From Tubulanus polymorphus (lineage: Eukaryota; Animalia; Nemertea), in NCBI RefSeq assembly GCF_964204645.1, contig NC_134027.1:13114485-13178484 (forward strand): a DNA stretch of 64,000 nucleotides. Reading direction: 5' to 3'. Both the position numbers and the translations under genes were made by a program. The stretch's first letter is position 1; each line of letters opens with the position of its first letter. This document shows positions 28,145 to 41,905 of this stretch, piece by piece. The notes below the pieces were generated by a model that saw only the letters and a list, made by a program, of their open reading frames with translations, had not been told where the DNA came from and did no database searches.

Positions 28145-29720
28145 TCAAAATTTATCCAGGATTTTTTTGAATACCTCCAATTTGGCCTTTTCAATGCCAA
28201 GAAGTTCCTTTTCGATTTTAACTAGCTCATCGTGTCTAGTTTTATTTTGTTCATCCTGCTTTTGAATGAGTTCAAAAACTTTTTGGTTTCGAGGTGTTAG
28301 CCTCTGCCTTTTGGTAGGCTGGGTATCGTCACCTCTATTAATATCAGTAACACCATCCTCACTTGAGCAGATATTTGCACTATTGTGGCTACAACTGTAA
28401 GATGAAATAACAATTTCAGGAGAAACATTTGGCTTATCAGATAAATATTCATCCAACTCATCATAATATGGGCAAGTTTTAGGAGAATTTCCTGTTTTAT
28501 TATTTTCGGTCTTGGTTTTTCTGTATCTGAGAGTTACATTATTCCATTTGGTTTTTATCTGCTGCCATGAAAAAGAATATCCAAGTTTCTGCAATTCCTT
28601 GGAGAGCTTTTCCCAAACAGTCCTTTTCTTGATTCGCGGATCCGAAAATTCCCTGGCATGTTTTTTGTGCAGCTGTATGATATGAATAACTGCCTCCCCG
28701 GCATTGCAGTATTATATGTAGCACCAATGGCAGATATTTCTGTTTCCGTTTCTGATGACTCAGTGTTTTCTGATCTTTGGTGGAGCTTCTGTTGCAACAG
28801 ATGCAGCTGAAGAGAGAAGCAATGTTAGAAATTAAAATCTAGTAAGACTTTGAACAATGTAGCTGGGTGATGGGTGTTTATTTTGGGAATGATGAGAGTA
28901 AGTTAACTAGATTTACATATAGAGCAAGACTAGCTGGTGGAATTGAAAAATAACAATAATTTTTCTATACCAAGAATTAAGAAAATTTGTTATTTCCCGT
29001 CCCACAAAAAGATTAAAAAAATTGAGAATTGGAATTCCAGAAAGTATATCACATCCCTCCCTCAAAGAAAATCAGACTTACCAAGTTCACATTGAGCGTC
29101 TCTCTCTGATTCCACTACCGTTTTCTTCAATTCTTCGATAGTCTCTGTATCTAAATGCAAATATAAGCTTAAAAACAAAATGTATGGTCGACAAATTTCT
29201 TTAAAAGAATCAATCCACTGTCCCTACCTAATGTTTATACAAATGTTTGACATTGATTTGGCCAGGGTTGAATTGTTTACACTTACCATTATCTTGAACT
29301 TTGCTCCATGTTGGCAAATCAACCACAACACTGACAATTCGATCACCAAAATCTAATGATAATGGTCTCCACCAACCATTTTCCTGCCTACAAATATAAT
29401 AAAGCCATTTTTTATGAACGTAAACTGTTTACGAAAAGACAAGTGACTGCTCACTTGTACATCAGATGTGATGAAGCGTGTTTAGGCCTACCACGCACGC
29501 ACGCATGTGATAGTATAATGTGTGTGTGGTGACGTGATGGCCAAGTGAAGAATGAAGGAGAAAGTAGGACGAAGCACTGCATACATTGTTTTGCTAATTA
29601 ATTATCAATACACTGATATATGTATTATACATCTCAACAGATCTAGCTATTGAATATCACGCGAAAGTATAGAATAATACGATTATTTTAGTAAACTTAC
29701 CGCGCACAGCTTTCCATGTC
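28145..29720 (-). pseudogene. Harbinger Myb/SANT (trihelix) DNA-binding gene, multi-exon, frameshifted
   Basis: WQQIKTKWNNVTLRYRK..CPYYDELD; small AG/GT-bounded exons upstream; homolog of 47569-48162. The 5' limit is approximate. Confidence 0.75.
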
Positions 29721-29989
29721 CGCCATTTTGCAAACGTCATCAAACCGACCAAGTATACTCCGTAGCATACTTGGTCGGTTCAGCTATTCGTTTTAGGTTT
29801 GATGGTTAACGAATGAGTCGGTTTCGTCGAACCGATTTGGTTTCGATGGCAAACGAATGCGTTTGGAGTAAACCCTCTTGAAAACCTAAACGGGTTTAGT
29901 GTAAACGAATGCGCCTTTAAATAACATGAACAATTTTGTAGTTTGATGATTGTAGACTACTTTTGTTGAAAGTTTTTAAAAATTGTGTT

Positions 29990-32594
29990 GTTTTCAAACA
30001 TTATTGAAAGCATTTTAATGTATATGTGAAGTGGGTTGAGAATTTTGGTACACCATGCATTATGAAAAACACCATTTACTAGAATGTCATTAAAGAGAAC
30101 TTCAAACAACGGCAATAGTTGCGTTTGACCGGCCTTTATCATTTCATTTAGCACCAGATCCGACCCTGCCGCCTTGCCCTTTTTTAGTCTAAGTATAGCT
30201 CTAGATATTTCAGGCAAAGTAATCCCAAAGTTGAGCTCATTGAATATTAAATCTGCATTATCATCTATGAAATCAGTATACAATGATTCAGATTCCCGAC
30301 TAATACTGTTAGTGGAAGAATTCAAACTCGTAGTAAAATGCTCAATCCACTGTCTGGCAGTTATTGAGCTGCTACCAGAGGGCTTACTACTATCCAAATT
30401 TTTCAACTTATTAAAAAGAGACCAGAATTCCACTGGGTTTTGAGTACACAGGGAGTCCATTTGGGAGATGATATCGCTTTTAAACCTGCTTCTTGTCTTG
30501 TTTAATAGAGACTTGTAACGCTTCTTTTTAGATCTAAATATATGCACCAGGTTCAGATCAAAGGGGGTTTTCTAACAATACCACAAATTTGAACTAGGTC
30601 TGTCTCCAGCTTACAGCATTCATTATCAAACCAAGTTTATCATTTAGACTTTAAATGTTTAGACTGACCATTTTTGAAGATATTTCTTTGTTTAACACCG
30701 GCTAATATTGTTAAGCACACAGTTTTCTAGTTGGAGTTGTAAGATAGAAGTTGCAAATAAATCATCTAAATTCAAGATCATGACGTTATTTCAATGATGA
30801 GAAAAGGACAAGATATTCACGTCATGACAATTGACCACATTTCTTAGCGCAGACACAAGAAGATTGTTTCCCCTGCGGTTGAGATGGATTCCATCACTGC
30901 AGAAGTGTTCAGACGAAACGGTTTTTAGATCGGCGATTTCTATAGTGTAGCAATCTAAATTCTGTAGACCGTCATTAAACGTGGACATTTTGCGCATATA
31001 GGATTCGGTCTGATTTGCGGTGGCGAGTTTTCTAGGTAGAGCTTTAACGATAAATATCCTCGCATTTGGATAATTTTCACGCGAGAGTATCAGAAGGTCA
31101 TCTGTAGCTGATAGACAGTCTTAAACTTCAAGGTTAGACAGAGAGTTGTCAGCAACTTCATATATGATCACTTCTACACGTTCGCATTTATGGGCGTTAC
31201 CAATATGTTTACATGCACCAGAGATATTTTTTTCTCCCACATTTAACGTTTTGATATAAGTCTTTTTCCCATGAAAGGGCCGATTGGGATGTAGATGTTT
31301 AGTAAGCGAGTTTCCAACAACTATAATTTCCACATCGATATCGGACAGGATATCAGATGCAGAGTTATTGACTTCATCATTTTGTGCCTCCACAACTCCA
31401 CTTGAAGATAAGTTAACATTCGGTTTCGAAGGCTGGTGGTTGACGAAACCACTGGTATGAGAAGTAAACACTGCACTTCCTTGACTGACAACATGTTGAC
31501 TTGGACCCCTGGTCTTAGCATTCGACTTAAGAGGCTCCAGACTTGTTTCCCTTGGGACGAACTTCCTAGTACGGTTCTGCATTTAGTAGCGCAGTTTGTG
31601 TCACCTTTAAGGATAAGATTTCCTCGCGCAGTGAGTCAATGAGTGTGTCGGTACGCTGTGCTGTTTCTTGTGCAGTCCTGTTTCTCGGAAGAAGGCCGCG
31701 GATTTATTGGTGATGGCTAGAGTAGCTTTAGCCGATTGAAGCCCTTCTCTCACCACACTAAGATCACATTCTATTCTCATTTGTCGGATTTTTCCCCCTT
31801 GTAGTTGGCTAACTTCTTTCTTGAGCTCTACGCAGTTGACACAACTCGGCGGAGTAACGCTCGCTTTCGGTCGTGATGCCAAAATTTTTTCAGATAAACT
31901 GAGAAGTCTATTGTTGATTTTTGTGTTCGTTTCACGTAGCATTTTATTCTCTTTTGCAAGATCTTGGGACCTAATTTTTTCGGATGCCAATTCTTTGCTA
32001 AGAGTATCGATTTTAAGATTCATCAGCAGGTCTTCGGCACGCAATACCTTATCCACTAATTTAGATTGCAGTTCACGTATCGCTTCCATACAAGGCGAGT
32101 AAATGATATTGCCGAGATTACTGGTGGTATTTGGAGTGAAATCGCAATTGTCATCAGTATTTGTAGACAAATGATTCCCCAGGTTATGTGTGTTCGGCGA
32201 CGCGTCACACGCAGTAACACAGGTATTTGTTGCTTTACACGCGAATGTCGTCGGATGGCTGGCAGTATAGAAGACATCAGCAAAATGCTGTGATACATCG
32301 GTACACTTCTCACATCGAAAACGTCGACTTGTCTTACATAACTAATACATTTGATAGCAGGGTAAACTCGTGCATTGGTAGTGAAGCCATTTCTTAAAAG
32401 CACAGCATTCTATCATGTATTCAGTATCAGGTGATGAACACGATTCGCATGAGATACCAACAGAGTTAGCGCTACGGTCATCAGATTCTACAGTATCACC
32501 GCACTCACTATCAACGGTTGTGAAGAGTTCCTTCATGGATTTAGTACTATCACCAGTTGAAAGAATGTCACACGGCAAATTCACAGTTCACAGA
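29990..32594 (-). mobile_element. Decayed CR1/L2-like LINE: ORF1 (PHD finger, coiled coil, SGNH esterase) and an ORF2 fragment upstream of RT
   Basis: PHD MIECCAFKKWLHYQC; GDSL-like VVGNSL and DGIHLN; ITLPEISRAILRLKKGKAAGSDLV (RT domain-0-like); 5' end cut by element B. Confidence 0.75.
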
Positions 32595-32714
32595 AGTAAT
32601 AGGGTCGAGTGAGTAAAAATGAAAAATAAATTCTCGCACACTCGAATTTATTTTTCATTTTTTACTCACTCGCCCTCTCAACCTTTAATCTAGAACAACA
32701 CATTCCCTATTACT
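32595..32714. repeat. 120-bp terminal hairpin of element B
   Basis: AGTAATAGGG..CCCTATTACT enclosing the stem GAGTGAGTAAAAATGAAAAATAAATTC / GAATTTATTTTTCATTTTTTACTCACTC. Confidence 0.88.
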
Positions 32715-32769
32715 CTTAAAATATTAATCTAATAACTTCTAAAATCAATTTTAAAAATTTGTTATTAAA

Positions 32770-33123
32770 ATGGAGAGTAAACAAGTACACAGTGAGAACA
32801 ACAAATCATTTCTAGATAGAATTAAAGATATCACAAATGCTAAATCTGTAGATTATAAATTTAAGTAGTTGACAGAATTAACAATTCATAAGAAATATCT
32901 AATTACAAATATTGATACAGTTACTAACAAATATGGAGATAAATTAGTTATCTACTTAGAATATGAGGGATTAAAAGGAAATAAATATAAATTCAGAACA
33001 TATTTACCAGATAGATTTCATAGATTATCAAGTGAAGATCTAGAAGAATTATGTTCTGGCGATTTCTATTTCATATTCAAAGGTAAGAATGAAAAAGGAC
33101 ACCATGAAATAGATTTCGAATAA
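32770..33123 (+). pseudogene. Copy of the 117-aa protein with premature TAG at 32866
   Basis: MESKQVHSENNK.. homologous to 9185-9538. Confidence 0.8.
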
Positions 33124-33137
33124 AATATGTAAAATAA

Positions 33138-33896
33138 ATGGTAGAATTAAAAGAATACAGAATATTTGTTGATTCAAGAAGACTGACAAATTATAAATCA
33201 CATAATTTACTAGTACAATTAGATAGAGAATTTAAGAATTGTGTTGATTTAAAATTAGTAAATGTAAGTTTATGTAACTCTTTTTATAATATATCGGATA
33301 AATCTATTGAACATAGAGTCTTTTTAATTCATGACAGAAATAAGAATAGATGGTTTCATCTTTATCTAAAACCAGGATTATATAGTTTAGAAACATTAGC
33401 TCAAGAAATTAATAAAAGAGCACGCTCAAAAATGGGTGCATCTGCTGGATTTGGATTAAGACTTATTAAAAGTGATAGCTCTGATAAAGTAAGAATAAAA
33501 TTAGGCAATGAAGATCAACATCAATTTCTAGTTAAAAAACCTTTAGCTAAAATTTTAGGAATTAACCCAGATATAAGGATACGTAATGCTGATGCTACAC
33601 CAAACTTAAAACCTTTTACACACTTTTAAATTTATTGCAATTTAATTGACCCTACAAAGACATTTGAAGCAACTAAAGATACAATTTGTAATTCTGGTTT
33701 ATTGAATATTTTACCATTGAAGAATGTTAAAGAATTTGGAACACAGATAAATTATAATTTAGCTGAGTGTGATTTTAAACCATGCATTCCTCAATTTAAT
33801 AATTTTAGATTAGAAATTAGAAATCACAATGGATATTTAATTGATTAGAATAACTTTCCTGTAATTTATGAATTAGTTATAAGAAGTAAAGAGTAA
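33138..33896 (+). pseudogene. Minor capsid (penton) protein with premature stop at 33627
   Basis: Homologous to 55678-56436 over the whole length. Confidence 0.75.
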
Positions 33897-33913
33897 TTTT
33901 TTTGATATACAAA

Positions 33914-34086
33914 TATGAATATAACTGTTGGACCGAGTATATGTTTTGGGTTTGATTTTAAACATGGTAAAGAAATGAGAATTAAACTAAATGATGAAAT
34001 TACTGATATTAAACGTTAATCATTTAACAGTGCATCAATGATTAATAAAGAAAATTATAATACAGAAAAAGTAATTGATTTAATTA
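33914..34086 (+). pseudogene. 5' half of the 112-aa Polinton gene, truncated at the chimera junction
   Basis: MNITVGPSICFGFDFKHGKEMRIKLN.. ending at KVIDLI. Confidence 0.8.
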
Positions 34087-36424
34087 GTGTGTTTTATAAA
34101 ATGAATAAGGAATTGCACCTTTATATCTCAATAATTTAAAATCTTGTTCATTTGGATAATAATATCGAGTTATTATAAAATCATTATCAACTAAACTTTT
34201 TGATAAATTATCTAATGAACTTGCTAGAAATCTATAAGAATCTAAAAATCTAATGCAACCAAATTGAAATGAAATATAATTTTCAGATGTCTTAGCTAAT
34301 AGTTTAAAATCATATTTCCTTACATTTACACCATTCATAGCATTATATTCTTCTATTTCTTGATTAATTGCGCCCAATTTTCCCGATAATTGTTTTATAA
34401 ATAGATGGGTATCATAGCCTGATAAATTATGAAATGATATTGGTACGAAATTAACTTTCTTAGCTTGTAAATTGCAATCTTCATGAGCAGCTCCACGATA
34501 TTTTGAATATAAATGATCATGATCTCTAGCTTTTTTATCAAATGAATAAAAACGTTTTTCACAATAACAACAATGAGTTGCATAATTAAAATCAATTTCA
34601 TCTTCTTTTGTCATAACTATTCTTTTATTTTTGTTTAATAATTTTGCAAAATCACTTTCTAATTCAATTATTTTGTTACAAAAATTATTAACTACATCTT
34701 CACCTTTAAAAGAAATATATTGACTTTCATATAATTCGGGATAATTTGATTTGATGTAAATTCCATAAGCAGCAGCTCTTTGATGAACTTTTTTAATTGG
34801 ATTTATAATTGGTGGGTCTTGTGTTGTGTCTTCATTTAATTCATTTCCTTTATCCATTGATTTTAATAATTGCTTTTTGTTATATATTTCTTTTCTATCT
34901 TGATCGGTTAATTCTTTATTCAACGATTCAAAATCCCCATAAATTACAAATGGAACAATATTAAATTTATGATTAGTAAATTTCAATTTATAATCTTTTT
35001 CTGTTGGCATTATTAATTTACAAAAATCTTTATTATCACATAATTCTTTATGTTTTAGTAACGCATTCTCAGTTCTAAATTTAGATAAACATTTTCTACA
35101 TTAAATTTTATTATGGTGATCACTTTCTGTTCTAAAGAATAAATCAATTTGTTTTAACCACATATAATGTTCATTTTCATCTTTTTTGTAATATAACAAA
35201 TCTATAGCATTTTCATCATCATAATATTCTGTTAAATATAAAGCTTCCAATGTATAATCTTTAATATTTTCACCTTTTGTCTTTGGTAATTGCATTAATT
35301 CGAATAGATTTATTTTTAAATTATTAACTTTTTCTATTTTAGAAATCATTTTTATAGTTACTGGATATTGATCAATTTTATATAATGTTTCATATTTCCG
35401 GTAATTTGTTATTCTAAAACTATGTGTAATATCTTCTGTTGGATGTAAGCAACTAATAATTGCCCACAGAAAACATTTATTATCTTCATTTTGAACATTA
35501 ATTACTGCTTTTGTTGTAAATGGTAATTTAATATAAGATGATCCTTTAATATCCTCCTTTTCTGTTGTAAAGTTTGAATCATTTTTAAACATTTTATTAC
35601 TTTTTGATGTTTTATTTCTTTATGTATTATAAACATTTAAATCTAAAAATATAATTTCATTCAATGTTAAGCCAGAACTCTCAAAATATCTTTCTTCAAT
35701 ATGACGTTTAAATTCATTAAATATTTTTTCTAACTTCTCTTTTATTTGTGTTTTTGAAATTATTTCTTCAGAGAGTGTTTGAATATTATAATCCATTTTA
35801 TCTTCTGACTTTAAAAAACTTACTTTCCCAGAGATACTAATTTTTGGATATTCAACATCTGTTATCAAATCTAGTATTTTTTCTATTATTTCATTAAATT
35901 TACTATAATCTTCTATTGTTGTACCTTTAAAAAATCTAAATATAATAGCTGCAGGACCAATTTTACTACGTAATGTTTCTAATATTTCAATTGTATCTTT
36001 TATTTCTAGTGAATCAATATAATTTCTAACATTTTCCATCTAAGGTTTATTTGAAATGGATTTAGTTTTTGAAGTCGGTTTTTTTACTTTTTGAGGTTTA
36101 TCATCGAAATAATATTTTCCTAAAACATTATTACTCAAATTTTGATGGTGTTTTTGTGATTCGAGATGTCTATTATAATTTCTTTTTGTTATAAATTCAT
36201 CACAAACTTCACATTTTATTTCATCCACATTCATATCATCTAATCGTTCTTTTCTTTCATTTGTATTATCTAGTGTTTCAAAATCTATTACATTTTTTAT
36301 ATGATTTGCAGTTTTTTCATGTCGTGATTTTTGGGATTTAACGATGTATTTTTTTACAATATTGGCAAAAATATTGATTTTTATTAACATTATTATTTTC
36401 TGGCTGGTGTTCATTCTCCCCCAT
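34087..36424 (-). pseudogene. 5' half of C-type pPolB (zinc fingers to exonuclease), truncated before the polymerase motifs
   Basis: Near-identical to 49248-51583, with small indels and frameshifts. Confidence 0.92.
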
Positions 36425-37689
36425 TTATTAGGAAAAAAAATTACTTGTGGTGATGAGTTGTGTCTCGATCGCTCGACCTCTGGTATGAAACCCTCATTTC
36501 CCAATTACTGACTCGTTTAATTCTGAGAGTCTAGAGTTCCAGTTAATCCACATTAAAAAACATATCCACATGGTGCAGTGCCTAGCCTTCATCTACACTA
36601 AAGCCAAGCCTGTGTATGGGAAAATGTTGTTCGACTCTCATAGGCGAGACAAATCGATGCATGAATGCAGATGGTACTCTCCAGCAAGTTGAGAAAGTAA
36701 ACCAAGTTTTGACCTCTACCCTTTGAGACTCCTCCCTGTAGAAAATGTAGAAATATGAAACCCAATCGAAGCTATGCTAAGTACAATGACAGTTGAACCT
36801 TTATTGACGAATTTCAATGACACCAAAAATAAAAACGAAATTATCAAATTTCGATGCTGGCACTTATTATGGGATGTCAGTTTCAGCCTAACTGTACTTT
36901 CATTCAACTACTTCTTGTATGAAACGTGGAAATGAGAGGTTGCGAGGGATCACCAAACAATAAGAAAAACTATTGAGAATTAGAATTACTGTAGTTAAGA
37001 ATTTATTCAAATGAAGTGATAACTTCATTGTTAGCTCATACGGGTACAGGCAAATAAAACGATAACAACAATTTATATCATGATGCACAGACAAATGAAA
37101 TGTAAATAAATGATGACAAATATTATTCATTTAATTTTCCATTTTGGGGAAGCATGGTGATAGTTTTTGGAACTGATGTAGTATCATGTTATACAGTGTG
37201 TCCCGAACAATTGTTGTTCCTCCTGATTCAACTGAAGATTCCGGCTCTTGTCAAGGAAATGAGGTACTCCATCAATCGATCAAAAGTTGAGCTCAGACCA
37301 CTACCCCAAAATCTTCTTTATCCTATAAAGTAGAAATAAGGAATTCGAGTGTTTAGTTCATATATAAGCGCGTAAATTCAGGGGAAATCCTGCTTATGGA
37401 ATAGACCAGTAACTTAGCGACGCATTGAAGTGGTTTTTCCCCCACATACCCAACCTAACTTGAAATAATCGAACCTTTTATGCCATTGCGAGTACAGCCG
37501 CGCTGAATGCCCCACCGTGTTTGGTACCCATACTCCGAGGGAAAGAGGTCCAAAAAATGTCTTTTTTCATCACCATTCTGCCTCTCAAGACCAAATGGAT
37601 TTCATACATATGGCCTATAATTTTTTTAATTATTGTGCATCAGGGATGTACTGTCCTCAGTTGCCAAGCACCGAGAACAGGGCATCACT

Positions 37690-38100
37690 TTTGGATAAAA
37701 GACACTGGTTTAGAATCAGAGGTGCGCAAGCAGAAGAGAGATGAAGATAAAATATCAGATTTTATGGATACTACGTATGCGTTGCAAAGAACGAAAACCG
37801 TTATGGAAAACTGGCCCCTACTGTTTGAAAAACCGTCATTGCAGAAGCATTTTGAAAAGTTAACTGGTGAGTCCATGGACTCGTATGATGAAAATGTTAT
37901 GGGACGAAATAAAGCTAATAGACTGTATGAATTTATGCTCCTGAAAAAAGAACATTGCTGCTGTTTTAAACAAGTATTAAAGACTGTTAAAGCTGAATGT
38001 GAAAAACATAGAAACATCACCCCTCAAGTCAAATAAGTGTTCAATTTATTAGCTGCTTACTTTAGCGAGGATTCTGATCTGGTGTTACGGTATTACGGTG
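37690..38100 (+). pseudogene. SAMD3-like / CACTA accessory protein fragment
   Basis: MDTTYALQR..ENWPLLF..HFEKLTG pattern. Confidence 0.45.
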
Positions 38101-39452
38101 AAAGTTTTATTTATCAATTCAAAGATATTGAAACATTGCCACGGTAAAGTGATTTTTCTACACCAAAATTAAATCAAAAAAGCCAACTGAGGTTAATTCT
38201 GAGGTGGCAAGTTCTACTGTATTTTATTTTGGAATATAATGGAATTAAGTTTGCCCGCAAATACAAGTCCCAAAAATTGGCAAAATTTAAGGCAGCAGTA
38301 CCCCACAGAAATAGCCTTGTAGAATGCCTAATGATATTATAAAAAAGTTATCAATACCAATAAAATAACAACACATTAATTAATGAGTTCAAAAGAAATT
38401 TATGCATACATTGTACAAATTAGCATCCAAGATGGCTGCCAATATCAGAAAATTCAGCAATTCGTCAAGCAGCATATCGTAGAAAGTATTCATCACAACA
38501 TTATGAAATTTAAACTCTTTAATCATCATAGTATGCTGAATGATCTGACGAGAGGACTTTTTGAAATTTCAATTCTAAAAGAAAAAAGCTAAAATTTCTA
38601 AAAATTATGAATGGACCTAATTAGATATTCATGGGCCAAATAGGACCCTTTCAAAAAAAAGTATCAACAAATGATCTCGTCGTTCCTTCGTGTGCATAGT
38701 CTATTCCAGGTTTGTTTTCTGGCGTGATTCTCATTTATAATCGATTTCTTTTATTTTTCGTGCTAATGTGGTGCTAAAAATAAAAAACTTCCTCCCGCAT
38801 CTGAAGAGAATATGTCAGAGGGATATCTTAATTACAATAATAAAAATAAAAAGACGCCTCCCGCAACTCAAAAAAAAAAATTCAAACAGTTCCTTTTATT
38901 TCTACTTTTATTTTTTAAAAAGGACATAAAAATAAAAACCGCCCGCCCGCGTCATGGTAAAAAACAAAAGTGTGATGAGAAACAAGGCATCTTTTTTTGG
39001 CCTAAACGTGAAGTTGAAGCTGTATATATCTTCATATATAGAGCATAATCTTCAAATGATAATTAAGTAGGGTTCAAACCATCGTCTAGGTGGAACTATC
39101 AGAAATTCGTTTCACGACCATAGTTAATCTGGGTTCACCGGCAGTGACAAACATCTGTCACAATCCGGTTTGCCACAGTTCTAAATTTTTTCCTGTAGTA
39201 TTAAACGGTTTCAGCGGTCAAAAAGCAGTCCCCCAGGCGAGTCCCTCAGGGAGACCATGAAGCTCTATCAAAAATTAATGGAGATAATTTTTTCAGGTCA
39301 AAGCTTGCCGATACATCTGCACAGGCTCCAGTGACTAATCAGCATGCTGTCGAGGTTGACGGCGTTATGTCATCTGTGTCGTCTGGTGACCTTTCTACGC
39401 GGTTGGAGTGGCTGCTCAGCATGAGTCTGTGCCAGGAACGTAGCCATCTGTT

Positions 39453-39720
39453 ATGCCTGAACTGACACCGCAAATATACAGAACTACAGATACAGAGACC
39501 GACTCATTAGATTTTGCCAAAAATGGTCGATCTTTGCCCAATAATGACAAATACAAGCTAATGAAACACGACTTCACACCATCTGATAAGTACTCATTTC
39601 CTACTACCGTAATGAATGGTAAAAACAGATGTTTCAGGCGACAGTGGCTGACACTGTTTAACGGACTGGTTTATTCAAGAAAGCCAACGGTGGCCTGTGT
39701 ATCTACTGGACGTATTTTGC
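39453..39720 (+). pseudogene. hAT transposase N-terminal TTF-type zinc-finger fragment
   Basis: YSFP..KNRCFRRQWLTLFNGLVYS followed by a frameshifted C..C. Confidence 0.65.
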
Positions 39721-40834
39721 CCCACTCCACGCGCATGCGCCACCGCGCGGGATTAACGCAGGGCAGCATAAACAAACATGGCCACCTTTTGAATTTTCAA
39801 TGTTAGAAATTGTACATGAATTTCAATTATTTCAGCTGTTAGGGTTTAAAGGCACAATATAACTAGATGATGTGATATGGCGATATTAATAATTGATGAT
39901 GCCGCTCTGAAGCCCGTCACGAACTGTCCCAATTGAGTGTACAGCGTTCAAAAACACACGAATTTGCGTCGTTAGGTAACTATTCGCAGTAAAGAGCAAA
40001 CGGATTATGAAGCCTTAATGGCCGTTTGCAAAAACATTCTAGCAACCACAATCGAAAAATAATAATGACATACAACTTAAGTTAAAATTATGGCCATTTC
40101 TAAAATTCTAGCAAAATTATATTATAATTTGTAATCAGTGGGGAACGTTTGGTCTCGGAATAATGATGAGGTGAGGGGGTGGTAGGTAGTTGTTCAATTC
40201 AAGTCATGATTTACTACATGTTACTTCCGTGTTGTTGAAAATCTCGCGAGAATGGCGCAACATTGAAACTGGCAATAAATGCCAAATATCATAAATATTG
40301 TTAGGTACATATTCATTACTTATCCGCTATAAAGTGCCGTTAAACAATTGCATGATTGAGAGTTTCCGCCATATTTTTGCAGTGCGCATGCTCCTCATTC
40401 TTATTGTTTACACAATCAACACGTGTGCACTACACTCGCTGTATCAGCGTCTACAAACAAAACAGCGTCAAATAGCCTACCGGAACCCGCCAACCTGGGA
40501 ACCTTGTCTACGATTTTACATCTACATGATTAAATCAATTTCTGACAGCGTTTTCGCATTTTTTATTTGTGTATCTAGCGTTTCAAAGTGTACATCAGCA
40601 TACCGGGGGACACGTGCCGCAATTAATATGGATCTTTTAACATATGAAAAATTTTGAAATATTGATACTTTCTACGTATTTGACATGTTGCCTCTCCCTG
40701 GACGTATATTACTACACTAACTATAATCGTTGTGATCTGTGTGCAGGCCACAAATGCACACAGATCACACTACACTACCCACTTCAACACAACTATCCAC
40801 AGCTTTGATATAGATTGATCATAGATCGATGATT

Positions 40835-41186
40835 CTAGGGACATCAACAATGAAGGGCGGACTGATTTCGGTAATTGCCAAGCTTTGTTAAATTTCCACG
40901 TTGAAGCTGGGGATCATGTCTTGGAGGGACACTTTAAAAATGGCCCTAGCAACGCAACGTATAGGTCAAAGACTATACAAAACGATCATCGATTGCGCCA
41001 AGACGGTGATTCAAGAAAAAATCGTTAGTGAAATAAAGGCATCAAAGTTCTTTGGTTTAACTGCCGACGAGGCAAGTGACAGTGCGAACTTGGAACAGTT
41101 TCCTATGGTCATTCGTTTCGATGATGCAAACTGTGACGTAAGAGAGGAATTACTGCAGATGTTTGACGTTAGGGGAAATACATCTG
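40835..41186 (+). pseudogene. hAT transposase fragment (DUF4371, PRKRIR/ZMYM1-like)
   Basis: GNCQALLNF..GDHVL..NATYRSKTIQN and IVSEIKASKFFGLTADEASDSANLEQ..VIRF; cut by a Harbinger insertion. Confidence 0.8.
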
Positions 41187-41469
41187 GGCCCGGTTTCACA
41201 AAAAGATTAAATTCGTTGAATCGATTTAAATCCTTAAATCGATTTAACTTTTTGAGTTAAATTTCAAACCAGTTCCACAAAATGATCAAATCATAAATCG
41301 ATTTAAAAATGAGTTAAATTCAACCCATCGCCGGAAGACGGATAAATTTAACTATCCTCAAATTGATTTAAGAAAGAATATGGCGTTTTTTAATTTAATG
41401 AATTTTCGCTAACAAAAAGCCCCGAGACAGTTTCGTAGGCTACCGGATCACCTTGACTTGTTTTACTTA

Positions 41470-41905
41470 TTCAACGCTATCGCTTTCGGCGTGAATCGAT
41501 TGAAAAGATTTGTCAGTAAGTCGCGCCAGCAATAAAAAACTCGACTAAAAGATCTCAGGCCTTGTCGGTAAAACGCCAGGTGCTCATAACCCTGAGATAT
41601 CTCGCGTCCGGCGCGTTTATGAACAATGTTGGAGATACATTGGGTGGTTCAAATTCGTCAGTATCACGGGCAGTCGATTCTGTGTGTAGGGCACTCGTTG
41701 AGATGAAAGATCAGTTTATAAAATGGCAAATTACCCATGCCGAAAAACAGACAATTATGCAGGGTTTTATGAAGCAGCACAATTTTCGTTGTGTATTGGT
41801 TTTATTGACGGAACCCAAGTAAGGCCAAGCTAAAATGAACCAGCTTACATAAATCGGAAACGTTATCCGAGTATCAATGTGCAAGCGGTGTGTGACCACA
41901 CGGGT
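41470..41905 (+). pseudogene. Harbinger transposase 5' fragment
   Basis: QVLITLRYLASG..SSVSRAV, FIDGT, YINRKRYPSINVQAVCDH across frameshifts. Confidence 0.8.

Larger units (their letters stand above)
32595..36509. mobile_element. Chimeric Polinton remnant B: A-type end (32595-34086, +) fused to C-type end (34087-36509, -)
   Basis: AGTAATAGGG at 32595 and CCAATTACT at 36509; sharp junction at ~34086; no matching TSD (CACAGA vs GACTCG). Confidence 0.85.

Noticed and set aside
32589-36515. Element B as a single bona fide insertion
   Set aside because: No 6-bp TSD (CACAGA vs GACTCG) and the ends belong to two subfamilies.
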